The notes under the pieces: model-generated
Databases searched by the model: none
What the model was told of the DNA's origin: nothing
Seen by the model: only the letters and a program-made list of their open reading frames with translations
Shown: positions 40,290-50,376 of the stretch, one piece after another
Position numbering within the stretch: the stretch's first letter is position 1
Layout: each line of letters starts with the position of its first letter
Origin: Prosthecochloris sp.
Lineage (GTDB): Bacteria; Bacteroidota; Chlorobiia; Chlorobiales; Chlorobiaceae
NCBI GenBank assembly: GCA_004028745.1
Contig: RAZP01000035.1
Coordinates: 3,940-67,939, forward strand
Length of the DNA stretch: 64,000 bases
Reading direction: 5' to 3'
Translations under genes and position numbers: made by a program

Positions 40290-41170
40290 ATGAATCGCAA
40301 ATACCGCATCTTGTTTCTGAGCCAGCCATCGACAGGACATGTAAACACTCTGCTTACAATGGCTCTGCAAATGCGGGCTGAAGGGCATTATGTCCATTTT
40401 TTATTGCCCGGATCCAGGTTGCCGTTCAGAATGATTCAGCTTGTAGCTGATCGATTCCGAATGTTGCAGGCTGCAACGGTAGTTTCTCATTTCCTTGCCA
40501 GTTATAAAGGCACCTCGATTTACTTATTCCGCGCTTCAATTGCTTCGTTGAGCGATGCTCGAAATCCTCATGTACTCCGTGTACACTCCAGTTTCTGCGC
40601 TCCGTTCGCCTTGCACTTGAACCTCTCATGACAATAAATAGAGGTGCCCATAATCTTCCTTTCGATATAATGACTGTGCCAATGACCGTGGGTTTGAAAA
40701 GCATTTTGCTTTCTTATGCGACCGGATATAGAGGGACCCGCTATGCTTTCGACCTGATGAGTAAAGGCACGGGTTACTATACTCGCCGGATACTCAATTA
40801 TCTTGACCAAAACGAATTTGACGTTTTGGTCAGTGATTTTGCTTTGCCGGCAAGTCACATTGCAGCAGAGATAACGGGAATTCCGTGTGCGATTGTTTTT
40901 CACTGTGGGCTACCCTTTAAAGGGGATGGGATTCCTCCTTTTGAAAGCGGTTTGTCTATTGGCGATCCTTCTTCTACGCTGTATGAAGAGTGTTTTCGGG
41001 TTGAAAAGCGGTTTGGCAGGTTGGACAAAACGGATGGTGCTAAAACGGCTTCGAAGTTCATTCAACGCCTTGCTGAAACGAAAAAGCCGCTGAAACGGCC
41101 ATCTTCGATTCCTTTAACCATTACTGTGGATGATTGCGCCTCTTTGGGTGCAATCAGGGGTGTTGCATGA
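40290..41170 (+). pseudogene. GT1 glycosyltransferase copy 2, MITE-disrupted and internally deleted
   Basis: Paralog of 38115-39509; MITE at 40508-40649; RLD joined directly to KTDG near 41022-41026. Confidence 0.9.
40508..40649. mobile_element. MITE, 142 bp, 4-bp TSD ATAA
   Basis: aggcacctcg..tagaggtgccc; ATAA at 40504-40507 and 40650-40653; removal restores A-S-Y-N-L-P-F-D. Confidence 0.93.
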
Positions 41171-41562
41171 TATAGCCTGCCATCTCATACATATAAAGCT
41201 TCAAAATGAATGTATATTACCCTTCAAAATCAACAGGAAGTACCGAGTAACCTCTATTCAGCCAAAAGTATTCGATGCTCCTACCTTACCGATTTATAAA
41301 GGAGACAAGTGCATGGTGCACACGCTATAGGTGGAACCATTGGGCAGGCTTTGCCTGTTAGTATGAAGTAAGCGTTATCGGGACCGTGTCTGAAAACTGC
41401 ATGTTCAGTATGGCAATGCTGTTCCCGACACAACTGTGTTGGGGAAAGGCGGCTACTGATGTTGAAGCGGTACGGTTTACGTTGAGTGACCATGGATGAT
41501 TACTACAGGTGTTATTATTTAGTTTGTTCTAAAAATCCTGATCAGTTTTTAATGGTTTAAAA

Positions 41563-41997
41563 ATGCGCTGGTTGCTTGTCGATAAGATTCTTGAGATGGA
41601 GCCGGGAAAAAAAGCAGTGGGCGTACGATGCTTTTCCCGTTCGGAGCTGTTTTTTATGGATCACTTTCCGGGTTATCCCATTGTTCCGGGTGTGCTTCAG
41701 ATTGAAATGATTGCACAGGTAGGCGGCAAATGCATTATGGCGGCAAATCCGGGATACCTCCCTGTCCTGACATCGGTCAAGAGTGCGCAGTTCCGGCGGG
41801 CTATAGAGCCGGGTGACAGAGCTCTTATTCATGCCGATGTGACACTGCGTAAATCGTATTCCCTTGCAAACGGGTGGATCGAGGTTAATGGAAAGAAAGT
41901 TTCTGCTGCCGAAGTGATGTATGGTCACGTTCCAATACCGGCGGAAAAGGCAACGGTTGATCCGAAAGATGGGCTTGGCACAGGAGAAGGCATATGA
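41563..41997 (+). CDS. FabZ/FabA-like 3-hydroxyacyl-ACP dehydratase
   Basis: LLVDKI, DHFPGYPIVPGVLQIE, FRRAIEPGD. Confidence 0.9.
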   Translation: MRWLLVDKILEMEPGKKAVGVRCFSRSELFFMDHFPGYPIVPGVLQIEMIAQVGGKCIMAANPGYLPVLTSVKSAQFRRAIEPGDRALIHADVTLRKSYSLANGWIEVNGKKVSAAEVMYGHVPIPAEKATVDPKDGLGTGEGI

Positions 41998-42743
41998 GTA
42001 AAATTCTGTGGAGCAATGTTTTAGTTCCGGGACCGGATGTTATGGAGCAGTCTTTCTCGAATGAGCATTACGGGAGTTTGCTGACGATTCCAAGGACAAA
42101 AGCACTTTCGATCGAGGAGCGAAAAGCTCCGTTACCCGATCGGAAGGCCTACCGCTCCATGAGCAGAGCCGGTGTATTACTTACCCTTGTTTGCCTCGAA
42201 GGAAGGGAGGCAGTGCAGCCTTTTCTCGATAAATCGCCATTCGATATCGGGGTTTATTGTGCTATTGAGAACGGTCCGGTAGACCTTGGTTCAACCAGGG
42301 CTATGCTTCATGTTTCACGGGAAGATTTTGCAGAGGAGTACAGGAAGCTGCGTAACCCTAAAATGTTCCTGAAACAGGTAACCAATCTTGCCCCTGCACA
42401 TATGGGAATATTTCTGGGAATCATGGGGCCGCTCAATGTTTACAACAGCTCTGCTTACGGGAGCCTTCACGCCCTGGAGCAAGCTGAGATAGACCTTCAG
42501 GAAGAGAGGGTAACCGCAGCACTCGTTTGTAGTGCGTTTAGTTTTGAAGATCCGCTTGTTCTCGAAAGGATTCGCAGGAAAGATCTGAAGGAACGGATTC
42601 TTTGTGAAGGAGCGGGGGCATGTCTGCTTACTGCTGACGGCACGTATTCTGACTGGAATGATTTGGACTATGGTGATACAGAATCATATTACGGCATAAG
42701 CCACCAGATTATCATGCAAACACTAACCAAGGGGGATACATGA
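41994..42743 (+). CDS. inactive ketosynthase-like / chain-length-factor-like protein
   Basis: KS N-terminal features (RSMSR; NLAPAHMGIFLGIMGP; EGAGA) but SSAYGSLHAL where active KS has xACxxG; only 249 aa. Confidence 0.7.
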   Translation: MSKILWSNVLVPGPDVMEQSFSNEHYGSLLTIPRTKALSIEERKAPLPDRKAYRSMSRAGVLLTLVCLEGREAVQPFLDKSPFDIGVYCAIENGPVDLGSTRAMLHVSREDFAEEYRKLRNPKMFLKQVTNLAPAHMGIFLGIMGPLNVYNSSAYGSLHALEQAEIDLQEERVTAALVCSAFSFEDPLVLERIRRKDLKERILCEGAGACLLTADGTYSDWNDLDYGDTESYYGISHQIIMQTLTKGDT

Positions 42744-43036
42744 TATCGGAAAAAGAGCTTTTCGATAAAGTCGAAGAGGCTGTTCGTACGGTTCTCAATA
42801 CGGATGAGGGAGAAATTAAAAAAGAAAGTATGTTCAAAGCCGATCTTGATGCCGAAAGCATCGATTATCTCGACATAAGCTATGAGATTGAGCAGCGCAC
42901 GGGCGTGGAACTTGATTTTACCGAGGCATTGCAGTATATCACCGACAGGAAAGGCTCTGATATTACCGATATTTCAGTTCAGGATGTCCTTGATTACATG
43001 ATGTATGCTATCAAGGAAAAAGAAAAAGAGAAATAA
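42740..43036 (+). CDS. acyl carrier protein
   Basis: Acidic 98 aa with DLDAESIDYLDI phosphopantetheine Ser motif. Confidence 0.88.
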   Translation: MISEKELFDKVEEAVRTVLNTDEGEIKKESMFKADLDAESIDYLDISYEIEQRTGVELDFTEALQYITDRKGSDITDISVQDVLDYMMYAIKEKEKEK

Positions 43037-44271
43037 TGCATGATGTTGTTGTAACGCAGTACGGCATCGTTTCTCCAATTGGTAACACAATACCGGAGTT
43101 TGAAAAAAGAATGTTTGCCGGGGACTCGGGGATTGTTGACGTTCGCGGATCACTTGTGGGCAAGCAATTTCCTGTGCCGTTTGGAGCGGTTGTCGATGAT
43201 TCGACGATTCCTTCAGCCGAAGAACTGAAAATCGAGCCCCGTACTCAAACTCATGGAGGCAGATTCTCCCTCCATGCTTTTCAACAGGTTCTTGATCAGT
43301 TACCCGAAAATCTGCCTATAGACGGTATTGTTCAGGGAACGCCGGCAGGAATTTTTTTTGAGGTTATCCAGCATTCTCTTCGGAATTATGACCCTGATGC
43401 ATTCATATGGGATGAAATCCGAGCTGAATGGGTTGTTGAAATCATCGCCGATCGTCTAAAAAAATCCGGGCATGGCGATGTTCCTCCTCACTATCAGATC
43501 AGTGTCAATTCAGCTTGCGCTGCAGGAGGGCAGGCAATAGGGATTGCTTACCGTTTTTTGCAGTCTGGACGCATGAGCAGGTGCCTTGTAATGGCTGTTG
43601 ATGCAGGAGCCTGGGAAAGTCAGCTCATGAATTTTCATCTTCTTCATACACTCATGACAGACGATGTGCCGGCACGTACTGCCAGCAGGCCTTTTTCAAA
43701 AAGCCGCTCCGGGTTTGTCAAGGGTGAGGCTGCGGCAGCTCTTTTGCTTGAAACAAGAGAAGCTGCTGAAAAACGGGGTGCGGAAATACTTGCCGAGGTA
43801 TGCGGCTATGCCTTTAACTCCGATGCCTACCGGTTAACGGATGGCAGGGAAGACAATCTCTGTGTTGTCAGGGCTATGGAAGATGCCATCGCCGACGCTG
43901 GAATTCATGCAAATGCAATTGATTATATCAACGCTCATGGTACTTCTACGCAACAGAACGACCTTCTTGAAACCCAGGCGATAAAAAAGGTTTTCGGAGA
44001 AGATGCATACCGTATTCCTGTAAGCTCACTGAAATCACAAATAGGACACCCAACAGTTGCGGCGGGTGCGGTTGAGGCTATTGCATGTATCCTCATGCTC
44101 CAGGGGCAGCGCATTGCCCCCACGATCAATCTCACCGATCCGGACCCTGAATGTGACCTTGATTATGTGGCTGAAGGGAGCAGGGAAGCTGCTGTACGCT
44201 ACGTACTCAGTAACAGTTTCGGGTTCGGTGGACAAAATGCCTGCCTTGTTTTTAAAAAAGGGAATCCATGA
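43036..44271 (+). CDS. beta-ketoacyl-ACP synthase (FabF/KS-alpha-like)
   Basis: SACAAG, SRPFS..RSGFV, NAHGTST, KSQIGH, SNSFGFGGQN. Confidence 0.93.
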   Translation: MHDVVVTQYGIVSPIGNTIPEFEKRMFAGDSGIVDVRGSLVGKQFPVPFGAVVDDSTIPSAEELKIEPRTQTHGGRFSLHAFQQVLDQLPENLPIDGIVQGTPAGIFFEVIQHSLRNYDPDAFIWDEIRAEWVVEIIADRLKKSGHGDVPPHYQISVNSACAAGGQAIGIAYRFLQSGRMSRCLVMAVDAGAWESQLMNFHLLHTLMTDDVPARTASRPFSKSRSGFVKGEAAAALLLETREAAEKRGAEILAEVCGYAFNSDAYRLTDGREDNLCVVRAMEDAIADAGIHANAIDYINAHGTSTQQNDLLETQAIKKVFGEDAYRIPVSSLKSQIGHPTVAAGAVEAIACILMLQGQRIAPTINLTDPDPECDLDYVAEGSREAAVRYVLSNSFGFGGQNACLVFKKGNP

Positions 44272-45035
44272 TGGAAAAACATCTTGCTCTGATTACCGGG
44301 GGGACATCCGGTATAGGGTTAGGGGCGGCAAGGGCTCTTGCTGGCAAATGTGATCTTGCCCTTGCCTATGCCGGCAATCATGAAAGGGCTCAGCAAGCTG
44401 TCGGGCAGTTAGAGAAGTTTGGCAATGAGGTCAAACTTTTCTCCGGACAACTTTCCGGGTATGATGATGCCAAACAACTTTTTGATAATGTGGTTTCGGA
44501 TTGTGGAAAACCACCCGAAATTGTGGTTAACTCTGTCGGCCGTATCAAGGATGGTTTTTTTATGCAAACAGAGTTCTCGATCCATGAGCAGCTTGTCAGG
44601 GAGCACCTTCTCGTCACGATGGCAATGTGCCAGTTGGCTCTGAAGCCAATGTACGGAAAACGTTACGGCAGAATTGTCAATCTCAGTTCGATCAGCGGAT
44701 TTTATGCAAAGCGAAGTCAGGCGAACTATGCTGCCGCCAAAGCAGGGATAATAGGGTTTACCAGGACTCTCGCGCTTGAAGTAGCTCATCGGGGTATCAC
44801 GGTCAATGCGGTTGCACCGGGACTGATCAAAACACCCATGACGTCCGGTATCGTTCAATACCTTGAAAACGCTTCCCGAAAGGAGATTTCGAAAAACATT
44901 CCTGCAGGGTTTATCGGCGAACCCGATGACGTAGGGCCGCTGATCGCTTTTTTGTGCTCTGATGAAGCACGTTACATTACGGGTGCTGTGATACCAGTTG
45001 ACGGGGGAAGATCTTTGGGAGACACCGGAATATGA
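44268..45035 (+). CDS. 3-oxoacyl-ACP reductase (FabG-like)
   Basis: TGGTSGIG, QANYAAAKAG, VNAVAPGLIKTPM, VDGG. Confidence 0.9.
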   Translation: MMEKHLALITGGTSGIGLGAARALAGKCDLALAYAGNHERAQQAVGQLEKFGNEVKLFSGQLSGYDDAKQLFDNVVSDCGKPPEIVVNSVGRIKDGFFMQTEFSIHEQLVREHLLVTMAMCQLALKPMYGKRYGRIVNLSSISGFYAKRSQANYAAAKAGIIGFTRTLALEVAHRGITVNAVAPGLIKTPMTSGIVQYLENASRKEISKNIPAGFIGEPDDVGPLIAFLCSDEARYITGAVIPVDGGRSLGDTGI

Positions 45036-45784
45036 AACACCTGGAAAACAAGATAGCCGTCGTTACCGGCGGAACACGAGGTATCGGGAAAGCTATATCG
45101 CTTGCGCTTGCCGAGAGCGGAGCACATGTCTACGCTCTTTATGCGAGGAGCCGTAAAAATGCGGAGATTCTGGAAGAGGAAGCGTCAGGAAGAGGGTTCA
45201 AGATTACCACAATCAGAGGCGATCTTTCCCATGACCAGAGTTATAATCAGACTGTCCGACAGCTTCATGAATCTTGCGAACATGTGGATGTGCTGGTACA
45301 TTCGGCGGCAAGCGGAGTGCACAAGAAAGCCATGGATCTCTCGGAAAGACATCTGAAATGGACTTTTGAAATCAATTTTTTTGTCGCGCACAAGCTGACA
45401 ACGGAACTGATAGGCAAAATGGGCAGGGGGAGCAAGATTATCGGTATAACATCGCCGGGAGGTACCCGCGTTATTCCCAAATATGCGGCAGTCGCTTCCA
45501 CCAAAGGAGCCATGGAAGCCCTTTTTCGTCATTACGCTCTTGAGCTGGCGCCGCAGGGGATTGCGGTGAATCTTGTATGTCCCGGGCTTGTGATGACCGA
45601 GGCGGCAAAAGCATTGCCCGAACTGGAACAAATGTTGAAAATGACGCTTGACTACACTCCTTCAGGGCAGTTGACTACGCCTGATCAAGTTGCGGAATTG
45701 GTCAGGTTCCTGACGACTGATGCAGCCGGGCAGGTTGTAGGACAGAATATTATAATCGATGGCGGCAAAGGCCTTTTGGCTTAG
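45032..45784 (+). CDS. FabL-like enoyl-ACP reductase (SDR)
   Basis: TGGTRGIG, SAASGV, Y-x6-K motif YAAVASTK typical of FabL/FabI rather than FabG. Confidence 0.75.
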   Translation: MKHLENKIAVVTGGTRGIGKAISLALAESGAHVYALYARSRKNAEILEEEASGRGFKITTIRGDLSHDQSYNQTVRQLHESCEHVDVLVHSAASGVHKKAMDLSERHLKWTFEINFFVAHKLTTELIGKMGRGSKIIGITSPGGTRVIPKYAAVASTKGAMEALFRHYALELAPQGIAVNLVCPGLVMTEAAKALPELEQMLKMTLDYTPSGQLTTPDQVAELVRFLTTDAAGQVVGQNIIIDGGKGLLA

Positions 45785-45813
45785 TACGAAAAAGTAAATG
45801 TTTTATTGACGCA

Positions 45814-47079
45814 ATGAACCAGCAAAATACCAAGACTTTACATGGGGTTGTCCTCTCGGATTTTGTTTCAGTAAAGCCCTCTCCTCCCGTTCCCCAGGAG
45901 TTGGCAAATGATCTTCTTGCAATGGCAATAGCCAAGGCAAAGTGTATTGAAAACAATATTTCCGGCCAGAAAGAGGTCGATGAGCAACTGAAAAAATCAA
46001 GAGTGAAGGTCTCACAATATGGTGTGTCGCCGAAGTACATAAAGCAGCGATACATGGTACTTGCAGCATCCGACTACGCCGGAAACATCAGCATAGGTCA
46101 GAAAATCGCAAGCAAGGGGAAATTTATGCAGACAGCCTTGCGTTCCCCGCTATTCAAAGAAATTATTTCAGACCACAAAAATCCGCAGGGACTTGATCTC
46201 GAAGAGAGAATGAGGCTGTATGAAAAATTTGCAGGGAAGTGTATCCGGGAGATGTATGAAGGTGTTGAAACACCTCCTGATGATATAATTCACGTAACCT
46301 GTTCCGGATACCTTGCTCCCAGCCCGATTGAGCAGTTTTTCTCGGAAAAAGGATGGCTGAAAGCTACGGTTACGCACAGTTACCATATGGGTTGCTACGG
46401 TTCGTTGCCGGCTCTGAGGATGGCCCACGGATTTTTAAGCTCTGCAAGAGCGGGGATTACCCCCCCAAAGGATCGCGTAGATATCGTGCACACCGAGATT
46501 TTGAGCGCTCATAGCAAAATTGTCGAAGATTCCCCAGAACAGATTATCACCATGACTCTTTTCGGAGATGGATTTGTCAAATATTCTGCGTTTCCCGAAG
46601 AGAAGGTTGCTGGAACAGGGAAGAGAGGGTTGAAAATTCTTGCCATCAAAGAGCATATGATCGAGGATTCTCTTGATGGAATGACATGGCATCTCGGTCC
46701 TCACAATTTCAATATGACTCTTGCATTGAGTGTGCCTTATGCTATACGTGATACGGTGAGACCATATGTTCAGGAAATGTTCGCCGATCTGGGCCTGGAT
46801 TTTGAACTGGAAAAACAACAGGGGAACGTTGCATATGCAATACATCCGGGCGGGCCGTTGATCGTCAAGAAGATCTGCGAGCAGCTTGGTCTTACAGAGG
46901 AGGATGTTGCGTTGAGCAGTAAAGTGCTCTATGAAAACGGCAACATGTCGTCCGCAACCATTCCCTATATTCTTCGGGAAGTTATCAATGACGATTCTAT
47001 TCCTGTCGGCAAAAAAGTCCTGAGCATGGCTTTTGGCCCGGGGCTCACCATTGCCGGGATGATTCTGGAGAAAGTTTAG
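45814..47079 (+). CDS. type III polyketide synthase (chalcone/stilbene synthase-like)
   Basis: Cys-His-Asn triad: HMGCYG, AIHPGG, GNMSSAT; also VTCSG, LFGDG, AFGPGLT. Confidence 0.93.
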   Translation: MNQQNTKTLHGVVLSDFVSVKPSPPVPQELANDLLAMAIAKAKCIENNISGQKEVDEQLKKSRVKVSQYGVSPKYIKQRYMVLAASDYAGNISIGQKIASKGKFMQTALRSPLFKEIISDHKNPQGLDLEERMRLYEKFAGKCIREMYEGVETPPDDIIHVTCSGYLAPSPIEQFFSEKGWLKATVTHSYHMGCYGSLPALRMAHGFLSSARAGITPPKDRVDIVHTEILSAHSKIVEDSPEQIITMTLFGDGFVKYSAFPEEKVAGTGKRGLKILAIKEHMIEDSLDGMTWHLGPHNFNMTLALSVPYAIRDTVRPYVQEMFADLGLDFELEKQQGNVAYAIHPGGPLIVKKICEQLGLTEEDVALSSKVLYENGNMSSATIPYILREVINDDSIPVGKKVLSMAFGPGLTIAGMILEKV

Positions 47080-47226
47080 TTTCGGGTAGTTACAGGATTG
47101 TAATTCAGAAAGGACTGTTGTCTTACTAGTGCCAGCATCATTTTTGCACCTTACAATACTGTATCATTCAGCTATGATGAGAGTAGTTCGCGAGACGCTA
47201 TCTGGTCATAATTATTACATTGGCAA

Positions 47227-48351
47227 ATGATACAAAAGATCCTCAATAAGTTTCAGAATCCATATCTGGGCATGTCAGTCTCAAACTGGTTTCGACTGCT
47301 TGTTAGAAATAAAGGGATCGATGTCGACAGGATACCGTTAGCGTTGTTTTCCATAATCGTGCTACTGCTGCTTGCCCCTTTTCGTTTTATAGCATCGAAA
47401 AAAAGACGCGCTGTAATAAGATCGGCAAGCCTTTCCCAGCCTCCCATTTTTATTATCGGTCACTGGCGCAGCGGAACAACACACTTGCATTATCTCATGT
47501 CAGCTTCAGGTCGATTTGGCAGTATCTGCCATATTGATGCTGTGTACCCTTCTTTTTGCTTGTGGCTAAGGGATAAAAACTCTTTGTTGCACAAAGTGCT
47601 TAAGACGATATCGTTTACTCGTCTTATTGACAACGTAAAGTTTGATATTGACTCTCCTGCAGAGGAGGAGTTATCCGTGGCCAACACATCGCTATTCAGC
47701 TTTCTTCACGGTTTTATATTCCGGAAGCGATTTCGAAACTTGCTTAATATGTATGCTCTTTTTGAAGGGATTACTGAGAAAGAGAAAGCGCAGTGGGCTG
47801 AAACCTATCATGACGTTCTTCTGCAGTCGAGTGTCTGCAGCGGCGGCAAAAGACTTCTGCTTAAAAATCCGTTTAACACAGCAAAGATGAATGAGTTGCT
47901 GTCGATATACCCCGGGGCAAAGTTCGTCTACATTTACAGAAATCCATTCGATGTCTTTGTTTCAACCATGAATATGCATAAAAAAACCGATTGTTTTTCC
48001 CTGCAGCGGATTTCAGAGTCGGAGATGCGTAAAAATGTTATATGGAGCTATGGAAAACTGCACGATAAGTTTTACAAGGACTATGAGAAGATTCCGGAAG
48101 GGATTTGTTCCTGTGTTAAATATGAGGATCTTGTGAGGAACCCGATTGGGGAAATGTCCAGGGTATATAAGGAAATCGGTCTTAACGGATTTGACACCGA
48201 TAATAAGGGAATGATCGAATATCTTGAGTCTGTCAAGAATTATAAAAAGAATTCATTTAAACTTGGGGACAACGAGCGAAAAATAATCGTGAAAGAATGG
48301 GGAGAGTATTTCAGGCTTATGGGATATGAAACGGAACAAGAGCCTAAATAG
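47227..48351 (+). CDS. PAPS-dependent sulfotransferase
   Basis: PIFIIGHWRSGTTHLH 5'-PSB loop, LLKNP, YRNPFDVFVS 3'-PB, YEDLV. Confidence 0.9.
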   Translation: MIQKILNKFQNPYLGMSVSNWFRLLVRNKGIDVDRIPLALFSIIVLLLLAPFRFIASKKRRAVIRSASLSQPPIFIIGHWRSGTTHLHYLMSASGRFGSICHIDAVYPSFCLWLRDKNSLLHKVLKTISFTRLIDNVKFDIDSPAEEELSVANTSLFSFLHGFIFRKRFRNLLNMYALFEGITEKEKAQWAETYHDVLLQSSVCSGGKRLLLKNPFNTAKMNELLSIYPGAKFVYIYRNPFDVFVSTMNMHKKTDCFSLQRISESEMRKNVIWSYGKLHDKFYKDYEKIPEGICSCVKYEDLVRNPIGEMSRVYKEIGLNGFDTDNKGMIEYLESVKNYKKNSFKLGDNERKIIVKEWGEYFRLMGYETEQEPK

Positions 48352-48390
48352 AGCATATGTTGATTTGATCTTTTATTGAGTTGGCGCACT

Positions 48391-49074
48391 ATGAAGAATA
48401 ATATTATTGCGGAACTGGTAGAGGTATCGAAATATTACGGAACTGGTACCGGGAGGATGGTTGCGCTGGATTGCGTTGACCTTTCTCTTGCAAAAGGAGA
48501 AGCTGTTGTGCTTGTAGGGCCTTCGGGAAGCGGTAAATCAACGTTGCTGCATCTTCTCGGCTGTATTGACAAGCAGGATAAAGGGCGTGTTATCATTGAC
48601 GGGGTTGATACATCTGCTAAAAGCCTTGAAGAGCTTGCTTCGTTACGCCTTGATAAAATCGGATTTGTTTTCCAGTCTTTCAATTTGATTCCGGTGCTTA
48701 CCGCTTATGAGAATGTTGAGATTCCTCTTTTGTTCAAAGGTCTTGGGAACTCATTCGTTAAAGATCGTGTCAATGAAGTGCTTGACAGTGTCGGGCTGTA
48801 TGACAGGAAGCATCACTATCCAAGACAGATGTCGGGAGGGCAGCAGCAGAGAGTTGCAATTGCAAGAGCTATTGTAGGCAATCCTTCGTTAATTCTTGCC
48901 GATGAGCCCACGGCAAACCTCGATAGCAGAACAGGTGGAGATATTCTTGATCTGTTGTTGCATCTGAATAAAAATGAAGAAAGGTCTGTTTTTGTGGCGT
49001 CGCATGATTCTGTCGTGCTTGAAAGGATAAAAAAAGTCGTTCGTATACTGGATGGAAAGATATCCATCGATTAA
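48391..49074 (+). CDS. LolD/MacB-type ABC ATPase
   Basis: GPSGSGKS, GFVFQSFNL, SGGQQQRVAIARA, ADEPTANLD. Confidence 0.93.
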   Translation: MKNNIIAELVEVSKYYGTGTGRMVALDCVDLSLAKGEAVVLVGPSGSGKSTLLHLLGCIDKQDKGRVIIDGVDTSAKSLEELASLRLDKIGFVFQSFNLIPVLTAYENVEIPLLFKGLGNSFVKDRVNEVLDSVGLYDRKHHYPRQMSGGQQQRVAIARAIVGNPSLILADEPTANLDSRTGGDILDLLLHLNKNEERSVFVASHDSVVLERIKKVVRILDGKISID

Positions 49075-49077
49075 TTA

Positions 49078-50376
49078 TTGCAGTCAGTGAACATTATAAA
49101 GATTGCTACTATTTCCCTCAGAAACCTCCTTCGCAACAGCAGGCGGACCTTGATAACCGTCTTGGTTTCTGCTGCAGGTTTTGCCGCTTTAGCTATCCTT
49201 GCCGGCTACATGGATTTCAGCTTTTACGGCCTCAGGGAACTGACTGTCTGCAAAGGTTTTACGGCTGGAGGCGGAACCGGGCATATCCAGGTTTTTCATA
49301 GTGAGTCGTTGAAAAAAGAGGAACTTTTTCCAATGCAGTACGGGGTTGAGGACAATGAGAAAATCCGGGCAGATATCGAGTCAATAGACGAAGTCTCGTT
49401 TACCATGCCCAGAATAGAGTTTAACGGGCTGATTTCGAACGGTGACAAATCAATTTCTTTCCTGGGGCTGGGTGTCGATCCTGAAAAAGAGGCCGAGCTG
49501 ATACAGTACTGGAATTCACTTGAGAAGATGGGCGGCAAGAAAAAAATGAGTGATACAGCGTATAGAAAGCTTGAAAAAACGGGTTCTTTCGGTGTGTTGC
49601 TCGGCCAGCAAATGGCAAAAGCTCTGAACGCCGAAGCCGGCAGTAATCTTATGCTCATGAGTACAACTGTGGACGGCGCTGTCAATGTGGTTGACGTCAC
49701 GGTTGCCGGGGTTATCCGGGGTGCGATGAAATCTATAGACCGGCATTATCTTGTGGCCCCTCTTGAAACAGCAATGAGTCTTTTGCAAACGGATAAGGTA
49801 TCGAAAATAGTAGTTGTGCTGAAGCGAACCGAAGATACCGCTGTGGTCAGCAGGCTCATCGAGGAAAATATCCACGGTCAGGATGATCAACCGATGTTTT
49901 CAGTGATCCCGTGGGAAGAGCTTGCAGCATATTATTATTCGGTAAGGGATGTCTACAACATTATTTTCAGCTTTACCGGTATCATTGTCGTTGCCATTGT
50001 CTTTCTGAGCTGCACCAACACAATGCTGATGGCGACCATGGAGAGGGTCAAAGAGATAGGTACTCTTAAGGCCATAGGGGTATCGAATGCCTGGGTTTCG
50101 TTGATGTTTCTTTTCGAAGGCTTCTTCATCGGGCTTTTAAGTGTTGCCGGTGGGTTGGTTTTCAAGTATGTTTTCTCTGTAGTTATCAATAATTCCGGTT
50201 TCAAGATGCCTCCTCCGCCCGGAATGTCTTCTTCTTATTTGCTCAAAATTTTCTCTGCAGTTGAGTTTCTTCCTTGGATAGCTTTGCTCATCGTCTTCTC
50301 GACGACATTATCCGGTTTGTTGACACTGCTGAAGATCCGAAAAATCTCAATTGTCGATTCATTGACCCATGTATAA
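49078..50376 (+). CDS. LolC/E-FtsX-type ABC permease
   Basis: RNLLRNSRRT, large periplasmic domain, ERVKEIGTLKAIG, three C-terminal TMs. Confidence 0.9.
   Translation: MQSVNIIKIATISLRNLLRNSRRTLITVLVSAAGFAALAILAGYMDFSFYGLRELTVCKGFTAGGGTGHIQVFHSESLKKEELFPMQYGVEDNEKIRADIESIDEVSFTMPRIEFNGLISNGDKSISFLGLGVDPEKEAELIQYWNSLEKMGGKKKMSDTAYRKLEKTGSFGVLLGQQMAKALNAEAGSNLMLMSTTVDGAVNVVDVTVAGVIRGAMKSIDRHYLVAPLETAMSLLQTDKVSKIVVVLKRTEDTAVVSRLIEENIHGQDDQPMFSVIPWEELAAYYYSVRDVYNIIFSFTGIIVVAIVFLSCTNTMLMATMERVKEIGTLKAIGVSNAWVSLMFLFEGFFIGLLSVAGGLVFKYVFSVVINNSGFKMPPPPGMSSSYLLKIFSAVEFLPWIALLIVFSTTLSGLLTLLKIRKISIVDSLTHV

Noticed and set aside
41563-45784. Housekeeping fatty-acid synthesis operon
   Set aside because: It lacks plsX, fabH and fabD, has a divergent ACP and KS plus an inactive KS partner, and is joined to tailoring and export genes.
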